Shown here: one piece after another, positions 1 through 25,344 of the stretch
Position numbering within the stretch: position 1 is the stretch's first letter
How the letters are laid out: each line of letters begins with the position of its first letter
Source: Phaeosaccion multiseriatum
Taxonomy: Eukaryota > Protista > Ochrophyta, other classes
Length of the DNA: 64,000 nucleotides
NCBI GenBank assembly: GCA_965112735.1
Contig: OZ218962.1
Coordinates: 2,046,001 to 2,110,000, forward strand
Reading direction: 5' to 3'
Translations under genes and position numbers: made by a program
The notes under the pieces: model-generated
What the model was told of the DNA's origin: nothing
The model's database searches: none
Seen by the model: only the letters and a program-made list of their open reading frames with translations

Positions 1-774
1 GAGATAGGGGAGTGGCGTGAGCGGCCTCAGCGGGTCTTGTTTTCGGTGTGTGCACACGTAGGCAGGTGAACGGGAAGGCAGCTGGAACGTGGAAGAAAGG
101 AATAAAGACACACACAAAAAAAAAAACACTCGCTCACCGGCCACCAGAGTTTCCACGAAGGCGGAGCTCTTGCGCTTAGCGAAGCTGCCCACGCGCACAG
201 CGAGAGACATGATCTGTGATCTCACGTGACGGTCCTTTCCCTCTTTGGCGCTGCTGCTGCTGCCGCTGCCCATACCTTTGCTGCTGCCCCCCTCTCTCCC
301 GTCCCCATGAATCCTTTCCTACTCTCGGCGGAGGGATCACGCGCCTTCTGTTGCTGCCCCATCCTTGCTGTTGCCCCCCCAACTCTACCACGCATGTTGC
401 TTTGAGGAGGAGGCACGGGGAATTAATTGAGATTATTACATTTGGAAGAGGGAGGGAGGCCCTGGCTCGGAGGAAGTCTGACGGTTTCAAAGTCACTTTC
501 ACACTTCGTCGTCGGAAACCCGGGAACGTACGAGTTTTCTGTGAACCGCAACAAAGTACCTCACCGAATCAAACAAACTCAAGACACCCACAATTACATC
601 ATTTAACACAATCAAACCACAAAGCAATCAGGACCACTCCGACCACTCCCTCTACCGAGCAATCAGCTACAGCCAAGGCCAGGAAGAACAACAGCTCACG
701 ACTTCTGTAGACCAGTGGCACCCATCCCCCCCCTTCTTCCTTCCTCCTCCTCTCCTACACACCCTCACCTCACG

Positions 775-1728
775 ATGTTGCCCATCCAGAACCTCGTTGG
801 CTGCTGCTTCCTCCTGGTGCAATCCTCTCTCTCGTTCGTGGTTCCCGCCACTGGACCCGCGGCCTGTGGACTTGGATCGTCAGTCATGCAGCCCCAGGGA
901 CAGCAGCCTCACCAACAAGGGGTCACCGTGCGACCAACAACAGTGAAGGTGCGTATCAGAGGCGAGGCAGGAGAGGGAGGGAGGGTCGGGGGACTGGGAG
1001 TGGGAGTGCCCGGGATGGAAGGGGGGGGGAAGTAGGCAGGTTAGGAGAAGAAATTTAGGAGCGCGCATGTTAGCTTTGGTAGGCGTTGCGATTGCAGCGG
1101 CACAGGATGGCCGGTAGAAGTGTTACGTACTTTGTTGTCCTCGGGAGAGAAGCAGCAGAAGCACCACCACCACCAGTAGTAGTAGTAGTAGTAGTATGAC
1201 TCAGTAGTTGTACGACCCACTTTTTAGCTCTCCCTTTCACTCACTCTCTGTCTCTCTCTCTCTCTTCTCTCTTTTCTCTTGCCCCTTCCTCCTCTGCAGA
1301 CTACCTCGGCCCTGTCCGCCACCTCCGTGGGCCCTTCCGACGATGACTCACTTAGCTTCACGGACTCATTCATGATCACAATGGGCTTCAAGAAGGACCC
1401 CAACGTAGCTGAGGACGCAGAGGAAGCGTCCATGACCGACAAGATCAAGGCAGCGGGCGCCGCCGGCGTGGTGGCCTACGCCTTCACAGAGGGGGCTTTC
1501 TGGGCGCTGAGCCTGCCCCTTGCTGTCGGGGCGTACACGCAGTCGACAGGACACCTCCCCGACTTTTCGGACGCGGCTGACAAGGCGCAGCTGGCCGGCT
1601 TCTCTTTCGGATTCTTGACGCTGACTCGGGTTGCCGTGCCCGCAAGGATTGCTTTTGCGCTTACCCTGGTGCCCTTTGTGGAGAAGAACATTCTGTCCCG
1701 CTTCAGCAGCAAGAAGGAGGAGGCATAG
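775..1728 (+). CDS. Plastid-targeted membrane protein, FAM210/DUF1279-like; join(775..948,1300..1728)
   Basis: ATG at 775 is followed by the signal peptide MLPIQNLVGCCFLLVQSSLS-FVVP (ASAF-like). A GT donor at 949 and CAG acceptor at 1297-1299 keep frame. Exon 2 has KIKAAGAAGVVAY...PARIAFALTLVPFV, resembling DUF1279 family helices. Confidence 0.65.
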
Positions 1729-2748
1729 ATTTTGAGAGGTGGGGCAAGTTACTGCCGTTTGAGGAGAACAGGTCGCGCTTCAGTGCAGCAGCAGCAGCAG
1801 CAGCAAGGGAGAGAAGGATAGAGTCGGAGAGAGAGAGAGAGAGATGGGGCGAATAGACCCCTGGTTTACAATGTGAAGGTTTAAATGTAATGTAAATAGA
1901 GATGCACCTGCCGACCCCATCTGAGCCAGGTCCACAGGAGAAAGACGTAGAACGTACCCCTTTACGAGTACCCACTACGATCAGCCCCAGGCAGGCAGGA
2001 CTTCTGGCTTTCGCTTGAAGACCAGGAGCTTGGAGCTGTCTCGACTCCTGGTTTTGCAGGGGGTGCTCGAGGTGCTGGCTTGAAAACGGGAGAGTTTGTG
2101 GTTCATGTCCAATGTCCAATGGGTTGGTTTCGGAGCTGAAGAGAGCAGCAAGGAGCCAATTCACACCATGGCTGCGGATGCGCCAGCAATGTTAAATAAG
2201 TTTCTTGATGACTTTCCCGACAGGCGCTTGTCAGACAAGCTCGGTCGTTCATCTCTCACGGTTCGGCTCCTCCGCCCAAGCAGGCAAAAAAGGGTTCACT
2301 TCGCAAAGGTAGGAAGAAGCAAACCGATAAGAACCAAGTCTCTTTTCACCATTAATGAGTTGTTATTCTCTCCCGAGCTGGTCTCGGGGGCTGTGTGCTG
2401 TCGCCGTCGGTCGAGTCTGCCCCGGGGCGAGTATGGATGTTTGATTTTGACTACATTTGACCCTTTTGATGCCCCTATTTGACCCCCTTTTTTACCACCG
2501 TTGACAATGTTGAAAAAATTTGGTGCGGTTTTGATCAACTCCATCTCTCTTCCCCTTCACGCGATGATTCACACTTACTTCAGTATGGTTCACATACTCG
2601 TGCGTCATACTTTTATTTATTTATGTACTGTTTATTGCATTACATATTATTATTACTTCGAAGTAATGTTTTACAATTAGTTTTAATTTAAAAATAAAAT
2701 ATGTGCTTTAGTATTCCTTCAGTAACTCTGTTCTTTTACGCCAGTTAT

Positions 2749-5213
2749 TTAGTCGCTGTACTCATCTTCCATTGCCTTCATCAATTTGTCCGCCTTCTCC
2801 TTCATGGCGTCTCTCTCTTCAAAGTCCATCTCCCCCCTGCGAAGAAAAGCCTCAGCAGCCTCGATGGCCGCCTCCAACTCCAATTCCTCGCCTGAGCTTG
2901 AGCCTGGGTCTCCTGCTGCCGCCTTCTCCTTCGAGGTTGCCAGAACGTGTTTGAAGGCTGAACAAGCTTCGTACACGTCTTCGCACGCCTGATTTCCCTT
3001 CTCCAGCTGGCGGATCTCCTCGCCAAGAGCCCTCACGTCATGCTCGGAGGATAGCTGAATACTTAGCGTTTCCTTCTCCTGCGTTACGCCCAAGGTCTTA
3101 CGGCGCTTCGCAGCCCTCGCACCAGTCACTGCGCTGGTGCAAACCACCTTCACAACCATGTTCTTGTCCATGGTGAGTTCCACACAAACAGTCAGAGAGC
3201 GTTTCTTGGGGATGGGTGGATCAAAGAGGACTTTGATCTGTTCGGTGAAGCGTCCCCCTCCCATGTCGTCGATCAGCGAGGCGCTGTGACTCGCCGTAGC
3301 TGTGCTTTGCGCACTGGCGCCCCTCGTCCTGTTTGGCGCATTATTTCCGGTGTACATTCTAAACACCATCTCCCTCTGCCCAGCCTCATCGTTGGTGTAC
3401 TCTCGAAAGGCCGTTATACCACTCTCCGTCGTGATCTTGGAGTTGCGCTGGAAGATCAAGTCTCCTTGGCCGTTAGCAGTCTCCAGGTACACGTTGTTTG
3501 GCACCGGCATGGCGTCAACCATCCACGTGGGGTTGGGATGCGCCCGCCGTGCGCCTTCGATTGCCGCACCCATCACAATGGCGTGCTGAGGGGCGGGGTG
3601 CTGGGTCACCGTGATGGCGCCTTTATCAACCCACGATACCTCCTCTGAGAGCCGCTTTTTCACAGTGGCCATCAAATGCGGCAAGCCTGAGCCGCCCCCA
3701 GCTAGTACCACACGAACTTGCATATTCTTCTCTCCTTTTCCCTCCACGATGCTCTTGGCCTGGTCCAGCAGGCCAGTGGCGACTGAAGCAATGCGGTTGT
3801 AGAGGGGCTTGAGCAACCTGTGACAGTCAAACGCGGACACCTCTACGGCTGACTCTCCAACCTGGAACCTCAAGCCCTTGAGCTTGGTCATGCAGGGGAG
3901 TTGCTTGTCTATCTCGTTGAGGATTTTGTACTGCGGATGAGCAAAAAGGAATCGAGCAAAACAACGATCGAGCCATGAGTATAAAGCAGCAGTATGTATG
4001 CCCACGTCCCCCCGGACAGAACAAGACACACCATCGACGCGTGAGATGATGGACAAGAGGGGGGGGGGGGGCGATTTAAAGTAAGGAGTGCGTCGGTCGT
4101 CAGTCGTCGGTCGTCAGTCGTCGCTCGCTTGCCCAGGGCTTTCCCCTCTTTCCACACCCTCCGCCGGAACAGACCCAAAGAACATTCCTACCCACGCGCA
4201 CTCACTGTTTCGGGTGTGCGCGCCTTGTGGTCATCCAGCCCTTCGTCCGCCAAGCCCAACTTCGTCAGACAATGCTCTGCTAAGATGTGCCGGGCTGCGT
4301 TGCCACCGAGGTTTCCCACTCCGTCTTGAGCAACTGCCACGAACTTCTCTTCTTGCCCGTCCACAAGCAATGCCATTCCGTCTGTCGTGCCCCCACCCAC
4401 GTCGAGCGTCAGCAACAGATAACTGCCCTTCATCGGCTGCAGCTTGTTGATCGAGACCGCCACCGCGTAAGGCTCTGGGATGACTTGGACTACCTTGACA
4501 CGCAAGGACTCCACGACGTCGATTAAGGCCTGTCGCTGCTGTGAGCTGAAGTAAACAGGGGCGGTGAGCATCACCTTGCGCACAATGTACCCCTTCTTCT
4601 CCGCCGCTCTCAGAAGTCTCAGCACGACAACAGTCTTGGGATCTACGTTGGCGTTCTTCTTGCCCATCGTTGGGACGTTGTAGAACATCGTCTTCAGCAT
4701 ACCCTCCGACCCGCCTCCCTTCTCCTTCAGGCTGCTGTGCTTGCGAAGGTTTTCCTTTGCGTCTGATTCTTTCTTCCTGTAGTCCGCCCCGGTGCGTCCA
4801 ATCAGACTTTTGCTGTCTTCAAGGTTTCGAGGGGCCAAAAAGGAGCCTAGTGCCCATTCGGGGCAGTTGCCTTGCGCCGCTGCGTTGCCCGGAGAATGGA
4901 CGTACACCTGCGATGATATCTCGACACCCTTGGATTCGGCTGCATGGATAACTGTTGGCTCTCCATCCGTTCCCTTCACGACACAGATCAGACTAGTCGA
5001 TGTGCCAAAATCGAGGCCGAAGAAGTAGTGGTCTTCTACGTCTTCTACAGCTTCCGCCTCAACCGCCTTCGCCGCCTTCGCCGCCTTCGCCTTCACCTTG
5101 TTGCGATATAAGGCATCCCAACATGCCTTCAGTATCCCCTTCCCCTGGTCTTCTACCGCTTCCGCCTCAACCGTCTTAGCCTTCACCTTCCCCTTCCCCT
5201 TCCTTTTCCCCAT
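2749..5213 (-). CDS. Highly divergent Hsp70-family protein; complement(join(2749..3930,4206..5213)), ~729 aa
   Basis: NBD motifs GLDFGTSTS, SKSLIGR, TAPVYF..QRQA, IPEPYA, DVGGGTTD and LAGGGSGLP are present, with SBD-like LETANG..IFQRNSKI. A phase-0 intron (GTGAGT at 4205 to CAG at 3931) joins the two ORFs. Confidence 0.85.
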
Positions 5214-5490
5214 TTTTATTTTATTTTGTTGTTGTGACTGCACAGCACAGGCAGGTGAAGTCAGGTCAGGAAATTCGGGTATCTCGATATTAGAAGTCGA
5301 TGCGTTTATGATTTAAACTTTGACATCCTTCTCCCTTCCTCCCTCCCTCACCCCTTCTCTCTCCCCCTCCCGTCCTTCCCTCTATTTACCCTTTGCTGCT
5401 CAGCTGGTTTACGCCTGACCTCACAGTAAAGCAGCAAGAGAAAAAGGAGGAGGAGAAGCAGCAGAAAACTTAAGCCTTCAAGCTTCGACG

Positions 5491-17312
<11,822 letters not shown>

Positions 17313-18102
17313 TTGGTCTGGCGTATGGGAGAGCCCAGGCATATGGGCAGGCAGGCGTATTGGTCTGACCAACTCGTGTATATATATACTTTGAGACTCG
17401 AGCGCTTTCTGCTCGCTCCGTGTGCTCCGTGTAATCTTCGGTTCGATTTCGCCTTCTTAAGCTGAAACTGTCAAAGGCCCCCAGGCGTAGTGAGAGCTCT
17501 GGGCTGGGCGTAGAGCAAGGCTAGCTCTCTCTCTTTTTTTCTGGTGTACCTGGTACTGGAGGCTGTCTGATGTTTCAGAGCATGGAATGATGGATGCCCC
17601 CACCGGCTGGTCGAGGCTGGGTCCCGGGTCCCCCCCCTCTTCGACCCTCTGGTGAAGGAAGGATTTTGAGGGTTTGTTGTGAAGACCTCTTGCTGCGGAG
17701 TTGAAGGGCGAATGACAGTTTCAGAATTTATGTGTGTGTGTGTGAGAGTTTGAGTGTTTCACCAACAGCGCCGGGACTGAACTGTTCCCCGCCGTCGGAG
17801 AACCTCTCTCAGTTGTGTACAACTGATTTTCGTGATTACCCGAGAGCTCCAAGAGAGAGCGTCGACAAAGCCGCACATTCATTCATAAAGCACTCTCATA
17901 GAGGATGTTAGCAAGTGTGTGTGCCTCCAATCACCACCACTACCACTACGAGTTCAAAGAGTAGCCTAGACATTGCTGCGGGAGGAAGTTCGAACAGAGC
18001 ACAAATCAAATTCAGTTCTATTCAACAAACAAGTCGTTCAGTAAAGGAGCAGAGCAGCGGAGTAAAGGAAAGAAAACAGGCAAGCAGCAAGCACCAAACA
18101 GC

Positions 18103-18798
18103 ATGATGAGGCTACTGGCGTCTGTGCTATGCGTGCTGCTCTATTTGAGCAGCACAGCTTCCGCTTTCTCTGGAGTTGTTGGGGGCCAGTTCACCAGTAA
18201 GCAAGGGAGGCAGGCGGCAAGTCGCGAACATGCGGCCAAGAGGGTGACGACGCCCACCATGATGTTCCCCACCTCGCTCGCCACCTACTCTGTGGTCCTG
18301 CGAGCCGCGGCGCTGTCCAGTGCGGCGATGGAATACGATCACGTCCGGCAAGACCAGCGGAGGCAGCTGTACACCCTGAGCGGGAGGGACTGGACGAGAG
18401 CCAAGGCGAGGCAGGCCGTCTACCACGTGCTGAACTTTGCGGAGCTCCTCGCCCGGCAGGCGCCGCTCAAGCGCACCATCAGTCGCTCCAGCACGGCCGC
18501 GGCGCAAACGATTGAGGGCTGCGTCAAGGGCAGCGCGGGCTTCATTCCCGTCTTTCTCGCCATGCTGAGCCTCACCGCAGCCACCTCTGTCCCTGGGGCA
18601 CCGGTTGCGGTGACACCGCAGCTCAGCGCCGGCTTTGCGAGTGGTGTGGGCCTCTGCTCGGTGCTTTTGAGCAAGCTTCGAGTCGCCTCCGAGGAGACCA
18701 AGCTGGCCACCAAGTTCGTCGCAGCCTTTGCCATCATCTCTGCCCTGGGGGGGCTCAGCATCTACAACGGGCTCAGCACACTCAGTCTGGTGGCCTAG
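18103..18798 (+). CDS. Single-exon plastid-targeted hypothetical membrane protein (231 aa)
   Basis: Signal peptide ends in TASA-FSG (classic ASAF), followed by a basic Ser/Thr-rich transit peptide and C-terminal hydrophobic helices. The ORF is clean. Confidence 0.75.
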   Translation: MMRLLASVLCVLLYLSSTASAFSGVVGGQFTSKQGRQAASREHAAKRVTTPTMMFPTSLATYSVVLRAAALSSAAMEYDHVRQDQRRQLYTLSGRDWTRAKARQAVYHVLNFAELLARQAPLKRTISRSSTAAAQTIEGCVKGSAGFIPVFLAMLSLTAATSVPGAPVAVTPQLSAGFASGVGLCSVLLSKLRVASEETKLATKFVAAFAIISALGGLSIYNGLSTLSLVA

Positions 18799-19548
18799 AG
18801 AGGGAGAGGAGAGGCAGGGGGGGGGGGCACTGTGAATATTCGGAATTGGGGGGGGGGGGGGATTTGTTCTTGTTCTTTATTCACCCCCTTCTTCGTCTTT
18901 CCTCTCGGCCATGACGCATGGGAAGGAAGAGGAAGAGGGAAGGAAGGTCTTTACTTATTCATTCGCATTTTGCGGGACAGAGGTTGTGCCGCACAAGAGA
19001 AATGTTGTTCGTTTGTTGTTGTTGTTGTAATTGTTGTGTTTTAGTCTTTAGTCATGGTATTGAGGGAGGCCATGGCATGGGTGTACATACACACTCCCAC
19101 AAATTTTGAGACCCTTTCATTGTATGTGTAATAGGCAACACTTGTAGAGGAGAAGAGAAGAGCCTGGAATAACAATGGAATTATTTGTTGAATCTTATAC
19201 CATCACACTTCCGCAATAAGCCTACACTCTCCCTTGTGTTCGGTGGGGTCCCATCATCGATTGACAGCAACGCCGAGGCAAGGCCGGCGAGCCGCAAGGC
19301 GGGCATCCTCACCAGTCCGTCCCTCCTCCCTTTCATCGAGCAGAAGAGGGAAGGGACGGGAAGGGCTCATCCCTCCCTATCCTCCACGCACCCCCATCTG
19401 ATCTGTTGTGCATTCACTTAGCTTGCTCGGGGCCCCTCTGTCCAAGTGTGTGTGTGTGTCTCGGTTCGAATCAGAATCCGACCGGGCGGTTCTCTTCGAC
19501 TCACCTCCTGAGCTCGGTCTGGTCGGTAAGTCCAAGCAAGGGCATCTA

Positions 19549-19579
<31 letters not shown>

Positions 19580-19778
19580 CTCTCTCTCCTTCTCTCACAC
19601 ACACACTCTCTCTGTCTCACTCGCAAGCATTGGCGATCGACACCTGCTGAATGCCTCCCTTCCCTTCCCCGACGATCCAACTGCCCACCCGCCAATAGAA
19701 GAGATGCAGATGGGCAGCATTCGGCGGTCAAAGCTTCCTCTCTCCTCCTGTCTCCTTCTCTTCCAGTCTTTCAGTGCT

Positions 19779-19784
19779 TCAGTC

Positions 19785-19823
<39 letters not shown>

Positions 19824-21272
19824 ATCCTCCGTCCCCGACGCTTCTTCCCGGGGGACTTGTTTCTCCAGGGGGTGCTGCCGATTCACCAGCGGAATGTGCG
19901 CATTGTGCTCTGCATCGGTGCCTCCCGCTCCGTCTCCGTGTAGAGAAGAAATCACCTGCGGAGGAGGAGGAGGAGGAGGAGGAGGAGGAGGAGGAGGAGG
20001 AGGAGGAGGAGGAGGAGGAGGAGGAGGAGGAGGAGGAGGAGGAGGACGAGATGGAGTCAATCAAAGTGTACATGTGGTGTCATTGTGCATTGTGGCGGTA
20101 AGAACAGGTGTGAAATTACCTTCACCATCCACTACCATTCCTCACCACCCACCCACCCACCCAACCCAACCCACCCTTCCCATCCCCCCCTTCTCTCTCT
20201 CACCTGAAGGTGTTCCATACTCTCCACTACCGCCACCAACTCCGCCGCATCGCCTGACCGCTGCACCAGTAGACTAAGCTCCTCCCTCGACAGCGTCAAA
20301 CCCGCTTCCCTCATCACCGCCAACAGCCCCACCGTCTTATCCACGTCAGCGGCCTCGCTGCATGCGAGCACGGTGGGGCGGAAGCTGTCAATGTCCGGCT
20401 CCACCCCTGCTTTGCACATGCCTGCGGGGTGTGGGGTGCGTGTGGGTGGGTGTGGGTGGGTGTGGGTGGGTGTGGGTGGGTGTGATTGGGTGTGGGTGGG
20501 TGTGGGTGGGTTGGGTTGGGTGGGTAGGTGAGTGAGTTGGTCTATCGATACACGCAAGCGAGGGAGAGAAGGAGAGAGGAGGAAGGCACGGCGTGACCTC
20601 TTGCCTTCTCTTCTCTACCCTCTGTCCTCTTCCTTCTCTTCCCCTCTCCCCTCTCTCCCATCCCCCATCCCTCCGTCCCTCCACACATATACCCACAAAA
20701 CACAAAACCCATGTACGAAGCACCAACCTGCCAAGAGCCCCAAGGCGCGCTTGTGATCGTTGGTGTGGGCACAGGCAGCGATGAGGCGATTGAAGGTCTG
20801 AAGGTCCGGCATCACCCCTGCCTGCCGCATGTCCACCAGCACATTCATCGCACCCGGTAAGTCGCCCATACCTGAAGGAGAGGTGAGGAGGAGGGGGAGG
20901 GGGGGGAGGCAGAAGGGTGGTGAGGGGAGGGAGGGAGGGAGGGAGGGAGGGAGGGAGGGAGGGAGGGAGGGAGGGAGGACCGAAGGAAGAGAGGTGCCTA
21001 CCCCCCACGCACCCACCCACACACACACTACGCCCCACCCTCCCCGCTCACCCTCCCCGCTACTCATGCACACACATGCATACAAGCCGCGTACGTACCC
21101 GCGTAGCAAGTGATCTTCTCGTTGAAGACATTGATACACGCAGCGAGGCCCTTCATCTTCATCTGCTTCATGAGCAAGTACGCCTGGTCATAAGCCTTGC
21201 CCTGGAAAGGACAGACAGACAGACAAACAGACACACAGATAGACAGACAGACAGGCAGGCAGGCAGGCAGGC

Positions 21273-21343
<71 letters not shown>

Positions 21344-22371
21344 TAAACAGACAGACAGATAAACAGACAGACAGTCAGTCAGTCAGACAGGAGCGTATCG
21401 GTGTGAGGGGTGAGTGAGGGGGTGAGCGGTGTGAGCGGGGTGAAGGTGCGGGGTTAAGTGGAAGGTCATGGCCGCAGAGAAGGTGAGAAGCCATGCGCGC
21501 CAGCCCAGCCTCTATCGCATCGCTGTATCACCAACTGCTGCTGCTAATTCTCACCCTCTCCCCCCTCCCTCCGTCTTCTCTCTCCTTCCCTCCCTCCCTC
21601 CCTCCCTCCCTCCCTCCCAGCCGCACGACTCATGACTCACGCACGTTATTACATGCCCTAAGGGCTGCCACGTAGGAGCGCCCAGAGGGTGTGAGGCCTT
21701 CCTTCTTCATTGCCGAGAGGTAGTGGAGAGCCTCCTCCCATGCACCCGCCTGCAGGGCACGAGAGGGAGAGAGAGAGAGAGAAGAGCACAGGAGGGGGGT
21801 GGGTGCGGGCGTGTGTGTGCGTGTGTATGTGTGTGTGTGTGTCGGCGCAGGCCCGGAGGTTCAAACAAGAGGGGTGGCTCGAGTGAAAACGGACACTTGA
21901 AACTGAACACAGTGTTTCTCGAGTCAAATAAAAATCACAGCACCCACCCGACCGCATCGTACCACCAACCACCAACCTTGGCGCATCCATTCATCACCGC
22001 AGTGAAGGAGATGATATTGGGTGTGATTCCCCCGGCCCTCATCTCCGACAGCAAGAAGAGGCAACTCTGGTGGGGATGAGTTTAAAGGCGGGGAGGAGGG
22101 AAGGGGAGATTTTGAAAGAGGGGTGGGTAGGGAGGTAGGTAGGGAGGGAGGGAAGACACTGCACACACACGCACCCACCCACCCACCCACCCATGGACAC
22201 ACGTATTCATTGACATGCTACGCACACGCACGCACCCACCCACCTTGAGGTCTCCCGCCTTGCCGCAGGCGTCAATGGCGGCGGAATACGCCACCACGTC
22301 GGGCTTGAGCTTACTCTTCTTCACAGCCTCCAAAAGGGCCAGCGCCTAGGACACACACACAGAGAGAGAGA

Positions 22372-22406
<35 letters not shown>

Positions 22407-22942
22407 ACGGAAAGACACAGGGGCAGCGGTTGGTGGTACAACGGCAGACGGTCGGCGGTACAGGGGCAAGCGGTTGGTGGCTACAGCAGTTGGTGGTACA
22501 GGGACCGTTCGTGACATGAGGAGCAGCCCCACCCACGCACGGACCCACCCACCCACCCACCCACCCACCCATCCATCCACGCACCCACCCCACCCACCAA
22601 CACATGCACCCATCCACCCATCCACGCCCCCACTAACCCACGATATCCCGCCCCACGCACCCGTTTCCCGTCGCCCGCCCCTGCGCATGCGTGAATGGCC
22701 TCCGTGAACATGATTAGGTTGGGTGCTGCCTTGGCCCCTCGCTCATAGCGCTGGAGCAGCAACAGGGCCTGGTGGTGTTGCCCCACATTAGCTGCCGCTT
22801 TGATGGCGCCCACGTAGGCAAACGCGTTCGGAGGCTGTGTATTAAAGCGGTGCGTGGGGTGAAAGAGGTGGGATGGGGTGGTGTTCAAAGAGAGGGAGAG
22901 AGACAGAGGGAGAGGGAGAAGAATAGGGAGGGGGGTGAGGGA

Positions 22943-22979
<37 letters not shown>

Positions 22980-24920
22980 ACCAGAAGGGGTGAGGGTTGG
23001 GGTGTGGGATGGAGAAGATGTGTCCAAATGAGGTGTGCGGTGAGGGTCGTGGTGGGTGGGTGGTGCGTTCGGCACACAAAATGGAAGAGAGGTGTTGGAC
23101 GTGTTGGACGTATAACGCACGAACCTCTCCTCCTCTCCTCGTCCCTCGTCCCTCCTTCCTCCTCCCTCCTCCCTCCTGCCCCTCCCCCTACCCCCCTCCC
23201 CTCCCCTCCCTCTCCCTCTCCCTACTCACCATCCCGGCCGCATCCATCTCGTCCAGCAGCTCCATGGCCTTCGGGTAGTCGCTGCTCTTAGCGCAGGAGG
23301 AGATGGCAGCTGCGAAGGAACGGTCGTTAGGCTCGAGGCCCTCCGCCTTCATCTGATCCAAGAGAGCTGAAGGGTGGATGGCAGTGGATGGGGGTGGGTG
23401 GGGGGGGGTGGTAGGGCAGGTGGGGTAGAGCGAGTACAGGGGGTAAGTAGGGTGAGTGGGTAGGGAAATTGGGGTTTGTGGGTATGTATGCCTGCCTGCC
23501 CATATGCCTGCCCATACGCCTGCCCATATGCCTCACCTATGGCGTGGCCGTGCTCCCTGGCCTTGCCGCACGCATTAATGGCGGCGTTGTACGTGACAAC
23601 GTCAAGCTCGTGCCCCCCATCCTTCGCCTCCTGCAGCAGGGCCAGCACGCCTCTCCACCGCCCACATTGGCCTGTGCGAGGGGGGAGGGGGGAGGGGGGA
23701 GGAGAGGGGAGGAGGGAGAGGGAGAAGGTAAGAGGGGAGGAGGGAGGAGAGGGGAGGAGGGAGAAGGTAAGAGGGGAGAAGGTAAGAGGGGAAGGGTGGG
23801 GTGCGCTTCATACGTTGATGCGGGGCTTTATGTTGCAGGGCACTTTTATGTTCGGGCACCGACTGACTGACTGATTGACTGATAAAATGGATTGACTGAT
23901 TGACTGACTGTCTGCGTGAATGACTTGACTGGCTGGCTGACTCACTGAATGACTGACTGAATGGAAAACGCAGAACGCCATACATGCGTGCAGAAATCCT
24001 CCACACTTGCTCCACCTATAAAAAAAGAAGGATGCCTGATACCACACCCACAACCACACCCACAATTCAACACCCAACACCCATCCCCCCTCACAACCGC
24101 CAGTACACCACCCATCCCCACCCACCCACCCACCCACGCACCACCTCCCCTCCCGGCAGCAGCACTCACCGAGAGCCGTGATGGCCGAGCTATAGATACG
24201 CATGTTGAGAGGAAGGTTCTGCTGTTTGTTCTGCCTGAGCGTATCGGCCACTCCCCTCCAGTCCAAGCGTTGCCTGTGCTCCTGCATCTTGTGCACCATG
24301 GCCGCCTGTCGGAGTTGCACGTCTCGGTCGAAGGCTGTACTCTTCTCACCACCGTTTGTCGGCCTCCCCACGTGTCTCCTCTGTAGCGGCTCGTGCCCAC
24401 CTCCTCCTCTCCCTCCTCCTCTCCCTCCTCTCCCTCCTCCTCTTCCACCTCCCCTCCCTCCTCCCCTTCCTAATTTTATTTTCCTCGCCGCCACTGCGCG
24501 AGACACTGCATTCGAAGGTGCTGGTGCTGCTTCTTTTGCTTCCCCTGCCTGCCCTTCTCTGACACGCAATCCCCCAGGCTGGATAAGCGTGCTGCCAGAG
24601 CTCCCATTGTTGCTGCTGCTGCCGCCTCTGTCTTCGCCCCCGTGGCTACCAGCTGGTGCGGCAGCTAAACGGAGGCCCGTAGCTCCTACCCTGCCTTCCC
24701 ACACGGCTCTGCTTCTAGTTCGAGACCTCCGTAAGGTCGATAAACCCGTTCTTTCAACTGCATCTGGTGCCGGGGCGACAACGTATGCGACTCTACCTCC
24801 TCCTCCCACCGTCGCTGGTACTGGTCGTGGGCATGCCATGTTCCCCACAGAAAACGCCACAGTAGGCACAGCTGCTGCGGCTGCTCCTACTGCTGCTGCG
24901 GCGGCTGCTGGGGCCCTCAT
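19779..24920 (-). CDS. Pentatricopeptide-repeat (PPR) protein, ~10 exons (approx. 24920-24170, 23671-23537, 23366-23230, ~22846-22662, ~22346-22244, ~21751-21642, ~21201-21098, 20871-20728, 20422-20203, ~19947-19779)
   Basis: Repeated PPR motifs: IYSSAITALG, DVVTYNAAINACGK, PNDRSFAAAISSCAK, PDVVAYSAAIDACGKAG, PDLQTFNRLIAACA, PDIDSF. The N-terminus has a possible targeting peptide (..PTVA-FSV). Start codon and some junctions are uncertain. Confidence 0.88.
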
Positions 24921-25344
24921 CCCTCTTCGTGATGACACAGTCAATTTGCGGGGGAAAGGGAGGGACACTGCCTTTCTTAGGCTTTCCCAATCGCCCTCCT
25001 TCCTACACAGACAAGCCAAGAGCACAATCAAAACCCTCTTGGGCCGGAAGTGCTTCTCCTTAACGGGAAAGACAACTTTGGACTTCTTTCCTTCTCCTGT
25101 GACATGAAAATCGAAAGCTTTCAAGCACCGATTACGAAAGATTACGTAAGATTACGTATTCGGTAATACTGGAGCAAAGCGACCAAAAAAGCCCCCTGCC
25201 CTGAGGGAAGAGGTGGTGGAGTTGGTGTATGTATTGATAGTTCGCTTTGGCTGTGGGAGGGGGTTTGTCACTGAAGAGGTCTGAAGTGTTCAACCCCGTC
25301 ACCGGACGTGATGACGAGCATTGAGACGAGGGACCGCTCACCAA

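Noticed and set aside
137-211. Possible minus-strand exon (MSLAVRVGSFAKRKSSAFVETLVA, then GTGAG) of a gene leaving the window
   Set aside because: Too short, with no recognisable homology.
2430-2560. TTTGACCCC repeats as a transposon end enclosing the Hsp70
   Set aside because: No matching inverted terminus or TSD was found near 5250-5330.
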